63,915 bases of DNA from Treponema sp. (GCA_017412405.1 JAFPYB010000219.1:1-63915), one strand, 5' to 3'. Positions 1-11,440 are shown, counted from the stretch's first letter. Numbers and translations: made by a program. The notes: generated from the letters alone by a model not told the origin.

Positions 1-30
1 CTCGGCTCTAAAGTTCGGAAATGACTCCGC

Positions 31-97
31 AAGTTTGCGGAGTGTTTGCTTTGCAAAACTCCTGCAAACTTGGCCACTTTTGGCAAAGCCAAAAGTG
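31..97. repeat. REP-like double hairpin
   Basis: Imperfect inverted repeat aagtttgcggag...ctcctgcaaactt (31-71), then GGC and perfect stem CACTTTTGGC-aaa-GCCAAAAGTG (75-97). Confidence 0.6.
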
Positions 98-163
98 CAA
101 ATATAACAAAAAATTATCGCAAAAACACTGTCAAAATCGAATTTTCTCTGCACCTATAAAGAT

Positions 164-427
164 ATGGAAAGAGAAATGCAAAAAACAGCAATACAAAAAG
201 AGATAAAGCAAAAATGGGAAGAACTGACATTCGCAAACAACTTCCTCTTTGAAATAGTTGCCCGGGGCTGCTCCCTTTCTGAAGATGATGTTCGTGAAAT
301 CAAAAAAAGTTGGAGCTTGAAAAGGAAAAAAATCCTTGACACAAATGCTTATTACACCGATACTAACGGTATCATTGTGCATATGCTTTTGCATTGGAAG
401 GCAGTGCAAAAAAAAATTATATCATAA
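164..427 (+). pseudogene. Internally deleted remnant of an Rpn-family (PD-(D/E)XK transposase-like) gene
   Basis: KWEELTFANNFLF resembles the Rpn N-terminal motif and is joined directly to IVARGCSLSEDDVREIKK, which resembles the Rpn C-terminal helix; no nuclease core. Confidence 0.45.
336..364 (+). promoter_or_regulatory. Putative sigma70 promoter of the OMP gene
   Basis: TTGACA (336-341), 17-nt spacer, GATACT (359-364). Confidence 0.4.
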
Positions 428-451
428 AACAGCTACAAAAGGAGTTTACAA

Positions 452-1093
452 ATGAAGAAGATTATCGCGGCGGCGGCCGCATTGTTGATTTCAGGATTCG
501 CGTTCGCACAGGGCTTGACGCTTGAAGTGGGGCCACGGGCAGGGGACGAGCTTAACATCTTCGACTTCAAGAACGGAGATGGGGATGATTACGTAGACGA
601 ACTTGCGGTGCATTCCGGCTTTTCCATCAGCGCCTTTGCCAACATTGGTCTTCCCTTCGTTGACGGGCTTGGCATCCAGCCTGAAGTAGGGTTTCATGTC
701 CATGAAGTGGGATACAAGCCAAAATATGGGGACGAAGACGATACAAAGAGTTTTTACCTCTCCCTTGACATTCCGGTTCTCGTCACATACAAAATCAACG
801 TGACCGAGAGATTCTTCATCCGCCCGGAAGTTGGACCGAAAGTTTCTTTCGTTCTCGGAAAAATCTACGACAAGGATTGGGACAAGATTGACACAGACTT
901 GAAGACACCGTTCAACTTTGGACTTACGGCCGGTGTATGCTTTGGAATCAATGTCGGCCCCGGCGCAATCGTCATTGATGCCCGCTACAACAGGGACTTC
1001 ACAAAAATCATTTTGGATAACAACGCTGAAACCGAAATCGGTTCTGCCCAGTCCATCGAGCTTTCAGTGGGCTACGCATTCAAAATCATGTAG
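452..1093 (+). CDS. Outer-membrane beta-barrel (PorT/OMP_b-brl-like) protein
   Basis: Signal peptide ending AFA, alternating beta strands, QPE and LDIPVL motifs, terminal SVGYAF strand; RBS AAAGGAG. Confidence 0.75.
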   Translation: MKKIIAAAAALLISGFAFAQGLTLEVGPRAGDELNIFDFKNGDGDDYVDELAVHSGFSISAFANIGLPFVDGLGIQPEVGFHVHEVGYKPKYGDEDDTKSFYLSLDIPVLVTYKINVTERFFIRPEVGPKVSFVLGKIYDKDWDKIDTDLKTPFNFGLTAGVCFGINVGPGAIVIDARYNRDFTKIILDNNAETEIGSAQSIELSVGYAFKIM

Positions 1094-1113
1094 CATGGCG
1101 TAAAAGCCATCAG

Positions 1114-1141
1114 CAGGGGACGCGCTCCCCTGTTTTTTTTT
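1114..1141 (+). terminator. Rho-independent terminator
   Basis: CAGGGGA-cgcgc-TCCCCTG followed by a T run. Confidence 0.85.
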
Positions 1142-1346
1142 GCGCCACATCCTATTGGAAAGTGGATTTGGGGCTTCAAAAAATTTTTGGCATATATTCG
1201 TATTTCGTTCTTTTGAAAATATCTAAAATGACATAACGTTCTGGAGAATCAAGATTTTTTGCCGGGGCGGACTTTCTCTACACGCGCAGGGTAGAGGCTT
1301 CTTTTTTTGGGGGAAAACAAACTTCTTCTTTTGGGATGGGCTTTTT

Positions 1347-1658
1347 CTACACGCGAAGCACAGCGCACTCTTTCTTCGGAAAATACGTTTTTCCGGCGCC
1401 CGAGTCGTCCACGAATTCGTTCATGCTCGTCACTTCAAGCGCATTGTCCTCCATCTCCGTGGAGCGGATTATGTTCAAATCGGCGGTGGAAATGTCAGAA
1501 TCCCACTTGAGTTTCTTGAAGCCGTCGTTAATTTCATCGTTGGAAAACGGGAAATTCTTTCCCACACAAATATTGATATACGCCAGCGGGTATGAATCAT
1601 CGGGCAACGCGGAAACGACGACATCGTGAATGTGCTTGTAAATCGATTGTATATCCAT
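1347..1658 (-). CDS. Hypothetical protein
   Basis: ORF with protein-like composition from MDIQSIY; start uncertain, no family recognised. Confidence 0.5.
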   Translation of the reverse strand: MDIQSIYKHIHDVVVSALPDDSYPLAYINICVGKNFPFSNDEINDGFKKLKWDSDISTADLNIIRSTEMEDNALEVTSMNEFVDDSGAGKTYFPKKECAVLRV

Positions 1659-1760
1659 GTTTCTTATTATCGGCAGAAAAAGCCGATTTCTCCATGAGAT
1701 GCAAGTTTTTGCGCCGTTGCCGTGTGCCACACGCCCCACGGCAATATGAGGCCTGGCGGA

Positions 1761-2192
1761 TTAGTTTCCTTTTCCCACAAGGCACATCCACTCCGCCTGG
1801 GCGCAGAGCGTGTCACCGACGAACGCCTTTCCTTCCTGAACCACCATGTTCTTTGAGACGCGCTTGTTCTTGATTTCCATGCGAACAGTGTCGCCCGGGC
1901 GAACCTGATGCTTGAACTTGACGTTGTTCACCGTGGCAAGGAAAAAGAGGCTTCCCTCGTCGAATTTCTTCTGCAGGCTGAGCGCGCTTCCTCCGCCCTG
2001 AGCCATGGCCTCAATGAGAATGACCCCCGGAACCACCGGGTACTGGGGAAAATGCCCCTTGAAGAAAAAATCATCATCCGTGAATTTTCGAGTGCAAACG
2101 CAACCTTCCTCGTCGTACGACTCGATTGTATCGACAAACAAAAACGGTTTCCTGTGCGGCAACAACGATTCAATATCGGTAAAAGCAGCCAT
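1761..2192 (-). CDS. fabZ: 3-hydroxyacyl-ACP dehydratase
   Basis: LPHRKPFLFVD and FFKGHFP..PVVPGVILIEAMAQ motifs. Confidence 0.95.
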   Translation of the reverse strand: MAAFTDIESLLPHRKPFLFVDTIESYDEEGCVCTRKFTDDDFFFKGHFPQYPVVPGVILIEAMAQGGGSALSLQKKFDEGSLFFLATVNNVKFKHQVRPGDTVRMEIKNKRVSKNMVVQEGKAFVGDTLCAQAEWMCLVGKGN

Positions 2193-2351
2193 AAAAATCT
2201 CCTATAAAAACCCCGCGTCAGCGGTCGTGCAGGAGGCACGAAATCGCAGTTTTGCCAACGGCAAAATCTGCACATGATAAAAATTACACGGATGTAATTT
2301 TTATCATGCCTCCTTGAACGTCCAAAAACGACAGACCCTAGTTTACCAAAA

Positions 2352-3683
2352 TTACCCGCTTCCGCCAACACTCAACAAAAAAACGCGGGACGGAGCTGAA
2401 ATTTCCTGCAGGAAGGGAATGGTTCCACGCTTCTCCCGTGGGATTTTTTGCTCGGAAAAATAATGCGCCACCGATTTTGTGCGCCCATTGGAGAACACGA
2501 TTTTGTCCCCGCCAAAAAAAGACCTTATCACGAAGGGAAATGGGACTGGAATCTCAATCATTTTTTCCTCGCCGTAGAACGAGAGGGAAAACGCCTTGAG
2601 CGCGTCCTTGTCGCGAATCAAAAAGTAGAAGCCGCTCTCCACGATTTTTGGGCCGTCTTTCTCCGCAGTGTCTTTTCTTGAGACAAAAATCTTGCGCCCA
2701 CCTGACGCGCGCTCTTCCCACACGCACACACCCGCGCCAAAAACACGGTGTACAGAGCTGTCGTCACGCCAGAACAAAATGGGGCGCACCATGCGGTAGG
2801 AAATGCGCGCCTTTGCATTGACGAGGGAAAAGGCACGAAAAATGAGCCTTCGGCGCACGGCAGCTTTCTGAGAAAAGAACAGTTCCGCGTCCATGCACAC
2901 GCACTCCGCGCCCGCATCCCCCTGAGAGCCACATCGCTCCCAGGAAAGGGCGGCGCACACATCGGAAAAAAAAGCCGCGTCATCCTCGTTTTTTTCCGCA
3001 AGGGAAAGAACTCCGCGCCGCCAGCCGGGGAACAGCTCGTCAAGGCATGGGACAAGCCTGTTCCGCACGCGGTTCCTGTAATAGCTGTTGTCCCCGTTCG
3101 TGGAATCGGTACGCCACGGAACGTTCTGGGCGCGAAGATAGGACTCAATCTCAGGACGCGTCACGGACAAGAGCGGGCGAAAAAACACGCCGCGCCGCCG
3201 GGAGATTGAGCCGTCCACCCCCTGCAAAAACCGCATCAAGACGGTCTCAAGCTGGTCGTTTTGGTTGTGGGCAAGGCAGAAAACATCAAGTTTCTCTTGG
3301 GCTATGAACTCGTCGAACGCTCGGTACCGCTCAAAACGCGCCGCCTCCTCAAGCCCCAGCCCCCGCTCGTCTGCACGGGCGCAAATGCCGCCCTCGGCCA
3401 ACTCCGCGATTTTGCACTGAACGCCAAGCCTGCCGCACAAGTCCCGCACAAAAAAGCAGTCACCATCGCTCTCGCTTCTTTGGCGCATATGATGGTTCAC
3501 CGTGAGAACAAACACGCGCCCGCTGCCGAACAAGTGGACAAGGGACAAAAGCATGGACACAGAGTCCGCGCCGCCGGAAACGCCCGCCCCAATGCGAAGA
3601 GGCATGGCTTTCGTCGGCACAAGGTTCGCGCTGGTGAACGCCTTGAGAACAGTTTCTTCAAATTCCCGAACGATTTTTTCCAT
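2352..3683 (-). CDS. tilS: tRNA(Ile)-lysidine synthetase
   Basis: PP-loop SGGADS, AHNQNDQLET and RNRVR motifs; start placed at MEKIV. Confidence 0.93.
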   Translation of the reverse strand: MEKIVREFEETVLKAFTSANLVPTKAMPLRIGAGVSGGADSVSMLLSLVHLFGSGRVFVLTVNHHMRQRSESDGDCFFVRDLCGRLGVQCKIAELAEGGICARADERGLGLEEAARFERYRAFDEFIAQEKLDVFCLAHNQNDQLETVLMRFLQGVDGSISRRRGVFFRPLLSVTRPEIESYLRAQNVPWRTDSTNGDNSYYRNRVRNRLVPCLDELFPGWRRGVLSLAEKNEDDAAFFSDVCAALSWERCGSQGDAGAECVCMDAELFFSQKAAVRRRLIFRAFSLVNAKARISYRMVRPILFWRDDSSVHRVFGAGVCVWEERASGGRKIFVSRKDTAEKDGPKIVESGFYFLIRDKDALKAFSLSFYGEEKMIEIPVPFPFVIRSFFGGDKIVFSNGRTKSVAHYFSEQKIPREKRGTIPFLQEISAPSRVFLLSVGGSG

Positions 3684-3752
3684 GATGCAAAAAAAAGGCT
3701 TGCCAGGAAACACAGAAGGATTTCCGAGCAAGCCGTCCATCAGCAAAAGCTG

Positions 3753-4307
3753 TTATGAGCGCGGTGGCGCAACGCTGATGACAGAAGCATCAGCCGGAGT
3801 AAGGATTGTAACAGCCTTACCGAGGTCAATGTCTTTTACGTGAAGAACATCGCCGATGTTTACTTTTGAAACATCAACAACGACACGAACAGGAAGGTCT
3901 TTCGGCAATGCGCTCACTCTGATTTCCGGAGTGTGCTTTACCATGAAACCGCCCTTGAGGACACCGGCCGGTGTGCCAGAGTACTGCAATTTGTATGTGC
4001 GAACAACTTTCTTCGTGTTTGTGACAGCAAAGAAATCAGCGTGGAGCACAGAATCCGTCATGATGTCATACTCTGTGTCGCGGATGAACGCATCGCAAGT
4101 TTTTCCGTCAACATTCAATGTAACGAGTGTTGTGGCAGTAATTGAGCGCCATACTTTGTTGAACTCAACCTTGTCCACATCGATTGATGTAGCCTTTCCT
4201 TCCTCGTCGTAAACAACTGCCGGAATACGACCATTTGCGCGAAGCTGCTTTGCAGCCTTTTTTCCTGTCTCACTGCGAACTTTTGCAGTAATAACCATCT
4301 GTTCCAT
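3753..4307 (-). CDS. rplY: 50S ribosomal protein L25 (Ctc form)
   Basis: GKKAAKQLRANGRIPAVVY, HADF and the C-terminal Ctc extension. Confidence 0.95.
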   Translation of the reverse strand: MEQMVITAKVRSETGKKAAKQLRANGRIPAVVYDEEGKATSIDVDKVEFNKVWRSITATTLVTLNVDGKTCDAFIRDTEYDIMTDSVLHADFFAVTNTKKVVRTYKLQYSGTPAGVLKGGFMVKHTPEIRVSALPKDLPVRVVVDVSKVNIGDVLHVKDIDLGKAVTILTPADASVISVAPPRS

Positions 4308-4459
4308 TTTGGACTCCTATTTTTTCTGGAAAAACCTAAGTCTAAAACAAGCGTAAAAGTTAAGGAACTGCCAGCTACCACAAAAAGCGATTAACCAACA
4401 GTTCCATGACAAATTAAGCCACCCCATCGTTCGTCACGCCAGAGCTTTTCCAAATATAG

Positions 4460-4532
4460 CTGGGACGACAGGATTCGAACCTGTGGAATGACGGCACCAA
4501 AAGCCGTTGTCTTACCGCTTGACGACGTCCCA
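4460..4532 (-). tRNA. tRNA-Gln(UUG)
   Basis: Cloverleaf TGGGACG...anticodon loop TTTTGGT...GTTCGAATCC...CGTCCCAG; no encoded CCA. Confidence 0.95.
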
Positions 4533-4542
4533 AAAAATTCAA

Positions 4543-4827
4543 TTACAAATCATCCGCAGAAGCAGATTCCTCGTATTTGCCGGCATTGTAGTCGGCAAGG
4601 ATTCTATCCTGCAGCACAGCACGGAACTCCATGCTGATTGGATGGGCAATGTCCTTGTACTTTCCTTCAGCAGTCTTCCTGCTGGGCATTGCAATGAACA
4701 AACCCGTATCGCTTTCGATAATCTTTACGTTGTGAACAACAAAGCAATCATCAAAAGTAATAGTGACATACGCTTTCAACTTTCCTTCAGCATTTACTTT
4801 CCGAATCCGAAGTTCAGTAATTTCCAT
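4543..4827 (-). CDS. spoVG: SpoVG family nucleic-acid binding protein
   Basis: MEITELRIR...FIAMPSRK...YKDIAHPI. Confidence 0.95.
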   Translation of the reverse strand: MEITELRIRKVNAEGKLKAYVTITFDDCFVVHNVKIIESDTGLFIAMPSRKTAEGKYKDIAHPISMEFRAVLQDRILADYNAGKYEESASADDL

Positions 4828-4830
4828 TTT

Positions 4831-5697
4831 TCAGCTCCCCGAATAATAACAGAATCTCCACTTTTTCTGCAAGCGGTCGAGCGCATTCCTCGCAGAATCA
4901 ATCGACTCAAAAATTCCAAAAACGGTAGCCCCTGAGCCAGACATATCAGCCCATAAAGCTCCTTGATTTTTTAAATCCTGCAACGCGTGTCGAATTGCAG
5001 GATATTTTTCAGTCAAAACAGAAGTAAAGCTATTGATGAATGTCCAATTTTCAACTGATGATGAATAGATACGCTCATATTCATCAAAAAGCGGGCATAC
5101 ATTTTTCATAGAAGCCTTATAGTTTTCATCAACCAAAGAATAAGCCTCTTTAGTCGAGCTGAAAACTTCTGGAAAAATCAAAACAAAATGAAAATCGTGC
5201 CTCGCATTTATTTTCTTCATTACCTCACCACGCCCAGAAACAAGGGATGCCTCATGCACGCCGTTGTGAAGGAAGAAAAAAACATCGCTTCCGACTTTAT
5301 CAGCAACACAATCCGCAAATGCGTCCGTGAGGGAAAAATCAAGAATCTCTGCGATTGCTTTTATAAACGAAGCCGCATCCGAGGAACCGCCTCCAAGCCC
5401 TCCCCCGCTTGGAATGTTTTTTTTCAGCACGACCTCAAACCCCGCATCAATACCAGAAAGCTCACAGAAACGCTCGTAAGCCTTTGTAATCGTGTTTGAC
5501 TGCGGGAGCACCAATGTGTCGCACCGAACGGAACATACATTTTTTTTCTCGGACAGCTTGACGCGAAGCTCGTCGCACACATCAATCGTCTGAAAAATGC
5601 TCTCAATCCGATGATATTCCTCGTTCTCCGCTTTCGGCAAAACATTGAGCCCAATGTTCACTTTCGCAGGGGCGGAAACGACAACATCAAATGACAT
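4831..5697 (-). CDS. ispE: 4-diphosphocytidyl-2-C-methyl-D-erythritol kinase
   Basis: APAKVNIGL, KNIPSGGGLGGGSSDAA, GSDV and MSGSG motifs. Confidence 0.95.
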   Translation of the reverse strand: MSFDVVVSAPAKVNIGLNVLPKAENEEYHRIESIFQTIDVCDELRVKLSEKKNVCSVRCDTLVLPQSNTITKAYERFCELSGIDAGFEVVLKKNIPSGGGLGGGSSDAASFIKAIAEILDFSLTDAFADCVADKVGSDVFFFLHNGVHEASLVSGRGEVMKKINARHDFHFVLIFPEVFSSTKEAYSLVDENYKASMKNVCPLFDEYERIYSSSVENWTFINSFTSVLTEKYPAIRHALQDLKNQGALWADMSGSGATVFGIFESIDSARNALDRLQKKWRFCYYSGS

Positions 5698-5864
5698 AGA
5701 GTTAATTTAATCGATTTTCGCCTTTTTAGTCAATGGCGGGATTGAAAGATGTTCCGAAACTTTCCCCCCCCTTCTCCCAACGGTACAATTGTTTTACAAA
5801 CAAGGGTTTTTGTTCCTAAATTGCGGAAAAATACGACATTTTCTCCAAAATCTCAAAAAAGTTA

Positions 5865-5893
5865 TTGACACTTTGAAAAGAGTGAACTACATT
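5865..5893 (+). promoter_or_regulatory. Sigma70 promoter predicting a leaderless transcript
   Basis: TTGACA (5865-5870), 17-nt spacer, TACATT (5888-5893); ATG begins at 5900. Confidence 0.65.
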
Positions 5894-5899
5894 ACCAAT

Positions 5900-6121
5900 A
5901 TGGATGCGATGAGTTTTGATGATTTTTATGACGACTCGTTGGATGCTGATGACTACAAGTCACCAGACGAATTTGAAAAAACGCCGAATGATTTCCTTGA
6001 CGAATTTGACGATGACATCTACGGCGACATGACGGACACCGACGAAATCGACGATTCCATCGAGTCCGACGAAATCAAGAAAGTAAAAAACGACTTCAAC
6101 TTCTGCGACATCGGCGTATAA
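5900..6121 (+). CDS. Small highly acidic hypothetical protein (73 aa)
   Basis: 28 of 73 residues are Asp/Glu; own promoter; hairpin at about 6166-6194 downstream. Confidence 0.7.
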   Translation: MDAMSFDDFYDDSLDADDYKSPDEFEKTPNDFLDEFDDDIYGDMTDTDEIDDSIESDEIKKVKNDFNFCDIGV

Positions 6122-6208
6122 GCCGTTGTCCAAAAAGCAGGCTCGTTCAAAAACCCACATATTCAGCGGGACACCCGAACATCGTCTGTCCCGCCTTTTC
6201 TCGGCAGC

Positions 6209-6559
6209 TTATTCCGTCACAACTTTTGCGTTGTGCCAGAGTTTTTCAAGCTCGTAGAACTCACGCGCATCCTTGGACATGAGATGAACCACAATCGGGC
6301 CAATATCCACCAGATTCCAGTCGTCCCCGTCCGGCGATTTTTTGTTCGTCAAATGAATCTGCAAATCATTTTCCTTCGTGTAGTCCTTCACCTGCTTCAC
6401 CAATCCCTGCCAGTGCGCAGAGCTGTGGATAGTGGCAATCACAAAAAAATCAGTCCAACTGTTGAGTTCCGAAACGTCAAGGACAACAACATCCTCCGCT
6501 TTTCCGTCCGAAAGAATTGTCGCAATCTCAAGTGCGTTTTCTTTTATTGATTTTTCCAT
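6209..6559 (-). CDS. rsfS: Ribosome silencing factor
   Basis: KAEDVVVLDV, TDFFVIAT, WNLVD...IVVHLM...REFYELEKLW. Confidence 0.95.
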   Translation of the reverse strand: MEKSIKENALEIATILSDGKAEDVVVLDVSELNSWTDFFVIATIHSSAHWQGLVKQVKDYTKENDLQIHLTNKKSPDGDDWNLVDIGPIVVHLMSKDAREFYELEKLWHNAKVVTE

Positions 6560-6574
6560 TTTTTCCTCCTGTCA

Positions 6575-7774
6575 TTATCGTACATATCGGCCGTTAAAAT
6601 CTTTTCCAAGAATTATGGTGAAGTCAGCCGACGTGTTTGCGTCCATGTCCTCGCGGATATTGTCGCATTTTATGAAGTCACCGAGAAGTTTTGCGCTCTC
6701 CTCGTTTCCAATGTGGTCAATTATGACCGTCTTTTCGTATTCGCTTGAATCGGCGTTGTCGTACTCAAGAACATCGTAGTTCGAGCTAAGAAGGCTCCGC
6801 GTCTTTGCTGCAAGCCCCTGCACGTGGGTTCCGTTCAAGATTCTGATTGAATAATTCGTCTTCTCGTCCTGCCCCCTGTCCTTGAGCTGGCGGATGGCGT
6901 GGTTCACCACGTCCTTTATGTACAACCCCTCCTGAAGCGGGAATATGAGCTGCTTTCCGTCAACGGTTCGGTACGTTCCGGTGATTGCCTGGGGAGCCAG
7001 TCGCTCGGGGTCAATCTGCAGAATCTCGTCGAACAACTCCTGCACGTCCGAGCGGGAAAGATTCGTCTGGAACCGCTTTGCAATCTCGCCGAAGGACGAC
7101 TTTGCCTTGAACACGTCCGCATTGCGCGAAATGGCGTTGAAGAAAGCCAGGACAACATTCTGCCGCCTGTCGTCAATGTCGCCCTCGCTCTCGTCCGCCT
7201 CCGAATACATGAGGTACGTGCGAACCTTGTCACCGTCCAAGTTTATCGCGCCGCTGGGCAAAAGCCACCGCTGCCCGTCAACATTCTTGATGTCGATGGG
7301 ATTGGGGATGAACACGCTCATGCCCCCCAGCAAATCGGTGAGCTGGGAAAAATCGTCAAGGCTCATGAGAACGTAGAACGGAATCGGCTGCCCGAGGAGA
7401 TTCTCAATCTCGCTCTTGTACACGCCGATTCCCTTCTCGGAATAAATCGCATCGATTCTGTCGGCGCGGTCAAGGCTTCTCCAAATGCCGCCCGTGTTCC
7501 CCTGAATGTTTATGAGAACGCCGCGCTTGGATATTTCATCAGCGTCGTCCGCACCCTTTTCCGAAGCCGTCAGGTGGTACGACATCAAGACATCGGAAAA
7601 AAGCACCTGATTGTTGTGCTCAAGGACGAAGAGCGTCTTCAGAACGCCTTTCCCTTCGCGGAGGGATGATTTTATCGGGTCTTCCCGGAGCGAGAGGATG
7701 AGCACGGCAATGACCACGATGATGATGAAAAAAATCGAAACGAGAAGGATTCCGCCCTTATTCCGCGCTTTCAT
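6575..7774 (-). CDS. LCP (LytR-CpsA-Psr) family protein with LytR C-terminal domain
   Basis: N-terminal TM helix, DLLGG..V, RRQ and ILNGT...GLA...DFTIILGKDF; conserved position after yqeK. Confidence 0.85.
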   Translation of the reverse strand: MKARNKGGILLVSIFFIIIVVIAVLILSLREDPIKSSLREGKGVLKTLFVLEHNNQVLFSDVLMSYHLTASEKGADDADEISKRGVLINIQGNTGGIWRSLDRADRIDAIYSEKGIGVYKSEIENLLGQPIPFYVLMSLDDFSQLTDLLGGMSVFIPNPIDIKNVDGQRWLLPSGAINLDGDKVRTYLMYSEADESEGDIDDRRQNVVLAFFNAISRNADVFKAKSSFGEIAKRFQTNLSRSDVQELFDEILQIDPERLAPQAITGTYRTVDGKQLIFPLQEGLYIKDVVNHAIRQLKDRGQDEKTNYSIRILNGTHVQGLAAKTRSLLSSNYDVLEYDNADSSEYEKTVIIDHIGNEESAKLLGDFIKCDNIREDMDANTSADFTIILGKDFNGRYVR

Positions 7775-8334
7775 CCCGCAACTCCTTTGCCCAGCCAAGC
7801 GACACGGGGGCAACTGATTTTCCCCGCGACTGCAAATAGTCTATATTTTCCTCCAAAACAGCCCTCGTGATTCCCAGGAGCGTCTTTGAAAATAGATTCG
7901 CCCGATACTCGTCCGTGGACTGCGGCCTGCCAGGCTCTATTTTGTCCGCCACGAAAAGAATTTTTCCCAAGTCGCACAAACCGGGCTTTCCGAACGTGTG
8001 GTTGGCGATTGCCTGAACCACGTCCGCGCCGAAAATGCCGAACTCGCTCCCGATTTTCACCCCTGCGGCGCGACCGTGAAGCAAATCAGGATTCTCCGCC
8101 TCAAGCCCCTCAATGGGCTTTCCGTCCTCTTTTGCCAGCGCGATTTTTTCCTCCGCCGGGATTTCCTTGCAAATGTCGTGCGCGATTCCGGAAATCAGCC
8201 CCAGATTCTCGTCAAGCCCATAGAGCCGGCACATGGAAGCGGCAGTCTCGGCAACACGCACAGAATGTTCATATCGATTTTTTGAAAGATGCTCCTCGGC
8301 ATACTCCCTGATTTTTTCGTAGCATGTCTTGTCA

Positions 8335-8354
<20 letters not shown>
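7758..8354 (-). CDS. yqeK: HD-domain Ap4A hydrolase YqeK
   Basis: RYEHSVRV, HDICKE, LLHG, HT.G and ADKIEPGR; follows nadD. Confidence 0.9.
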
Positions 8355-10160
<1,806 letters not shown>

Positions 10161-10169
10161 CTACAAAAT

Positions 10170-10204
10170 AAAAAAAAGACCAGAAACGACTGTTCCTGGT
10201 CTTT
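10170..10204 (-). terminator. Terminator after rpmA
   Basis: Minus strand AAAGACCAGGAAC-agtc-GTTTCTGGTCTTT plus T run. Confidence 0.75.
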
Positions 10205-10220
10205 CAATCAAACGGAAAAA

Positions 10221-10475
10221 TTACGCCTGAGCCTCAACACCTGCGTATTTTCTGTTGTTCCGCTCGTAGAACTTTACAACTCCGTCTGCTGTTGCAAACA
10301 AGCTGTCATCTCCAGCCAAACGAACATTGTCGCCCGGGAAGATTTTTGTTCCACGCTGTTTTACGATGATTGAACCTGCTGTTACAGTCTGTCCACCATA
10401 TACTTTTACACCCAAGCTTTTTGGGTTTGAATCACGGCCGTTTTTTGCGCCTGAACCGCCCTTACTGCGTCCCAT
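10221..10475 (-). CDS. rpmA: 50S ribosomal protein L27
   Basis: [20 protein letters not shown]. Confidence 0.97.
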   Translation of the reverse strand: MGRSKGGSGAKNGRDSNPKSLGVKVYGGQTVTAGSIIVKQRGTKIFPGDNVRLAGDDSLFATADGVVKFYERNNRKYAGVEAQA

Positions 10476-10490
10476 TCTAAGCCTCCGCTT

Positions 10491-10829
10491 TTAGATTGTT
10501 GTTTCTTCAAACAAAACATGTTCTGGAAATTCCTTGGAAAGCGATTTTAGTCCGTTCCTCAAAAAATCCGAAACACCTTTCGCACGAGATTCCACCATAG
10601 GATTCCCGTTGTCCAACTCCACGAGGAAAGCCAACTTTCCTCTGGAACTCGTATCAGCACTTACTGTAGCAGTTGGGGTCTGTGAAAGAGTCTGCATCGC
10701 CGTTCTCAGCAGTATTGTGATTGCCGAGCACACGATGTCGCCTCCTTTCTTGGAAAAACCTGCGTGTCCGTTAGCTTCGCATTTTTTTATCACGCCGTTT
10801 CTGCCAGAAACCAGAGCCACATTCGTCAT
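10491..10829 (-). CDS. prp: Ribosomal-processing cysteine protease Prp (YsxB family)
   Basis: GHA...G.DIVCSA His/Cys dyad; located between rplU and rpmA. Confidence 0.9.
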   Translation of the reverse strand: MTNVALVSGRNGVIKKCEANGHAGFSKKGGDIVCSAITILLRTAMQTLSQTPTATVSADTSSRGKLAFLVELDNGNPMVESRAKGVSDFLRNGLKSLSKEFPEHVLFEETTI

Positions 10830-10845
10830 GGATTAAAATCCAGTC

Positions 10846-11157
10846 TTAGCCGATGATGTTCTCAACTTTTACAGTTGTGTACTCTTGTCTGTGACCGATG
10901 AAACGGTGATAGTCCTTCTTTGCCTTGTACTTGAAAACGAGAACTTTCTTGTCGCGAATCTCGTCCTCAACAACAACCTGAACCTTTGCGCCACTGACAT
11001 ACGGTGTCCCCACCTTTGCAGAACCATTGTCGCTTACAAGGAGAACTGTATCGATATCGATTTTTGCGCCTTTCTCAGCATCGATTTTGTCAACCTGAAT
11101 AAGGGCATCTTTTTCTGCCTTGTACTGTTTGCCTTTGTATTCAAAAAGTGCGTACAT
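10846..11157 (-). CDS. rplU: 50S ribosomal protein L21
   Basis: MYA...GKQYK, GTPYV and GHRQ.YT. Confidence 0.97.
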   Translation of the reverse strand: MYALFEYKGKQYKAEKDALIQVDKIDAEKGAKIDIDTVLLVSDNGSAKVGTPYVSGAKVQVVVEDEIRDKKVLVFKYKAKKDYHRFIGHRQEYTTVKVENIIG

Positions 11158-11212
11158 AAAAACCTCTTACCGCCGGGAAGTGTAACGGAACTCCAACGAC
11201 TCTAAACAAAAT

Positions 11213-11232
11213 AGGACTTCCGAAGAAGTCCT
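11213..11232 (-). terminator. Hairpin or terminator after tRNA-Lys
   Basis: AGGACTTC-TTCG-GAAGTCCT on the minus strand (cUUCGg loop) followed by ATTTTGTTT. Confidence 0.65.
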
Positions 11233-11237
11233 TGAAC

Positions 11238-11310
11238 TGAGCCACGATGGACTCGAACCATCGACAGCCGCCTTAAAAGGGCGGTGCTCTACCACCTGAG
11301 CTAGTAGCCC
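11238..11310 (-). tRNA. tRNA-Lys(UUU)
   Basis: GGGCTAC TAGCTCAG...loop CTTTTAA...GTTCGAGTCC...GTGGCTCA; no encoded CCA. Confidence 0.95.
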
Positions 11311-11440
11311 ATCCTTTCGTGTTGAAAGTGATAGAAATCATATACGAATATTACAAATGCGTCAAGCGATTTTGCATTTTTATTGCAAAAAACAGTCCGT
11401 TCCAAATTCCAGCCTTTTTTTTGTATAGAAAAGACTTTCA

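Noticed and set aside
10476-10493. Prp-L27 readthrough fusion (genes are in frame)
   Set aside because: TAA stop and a separate GGAGG RBS; in-frame spacing is a one-in-three coincidence
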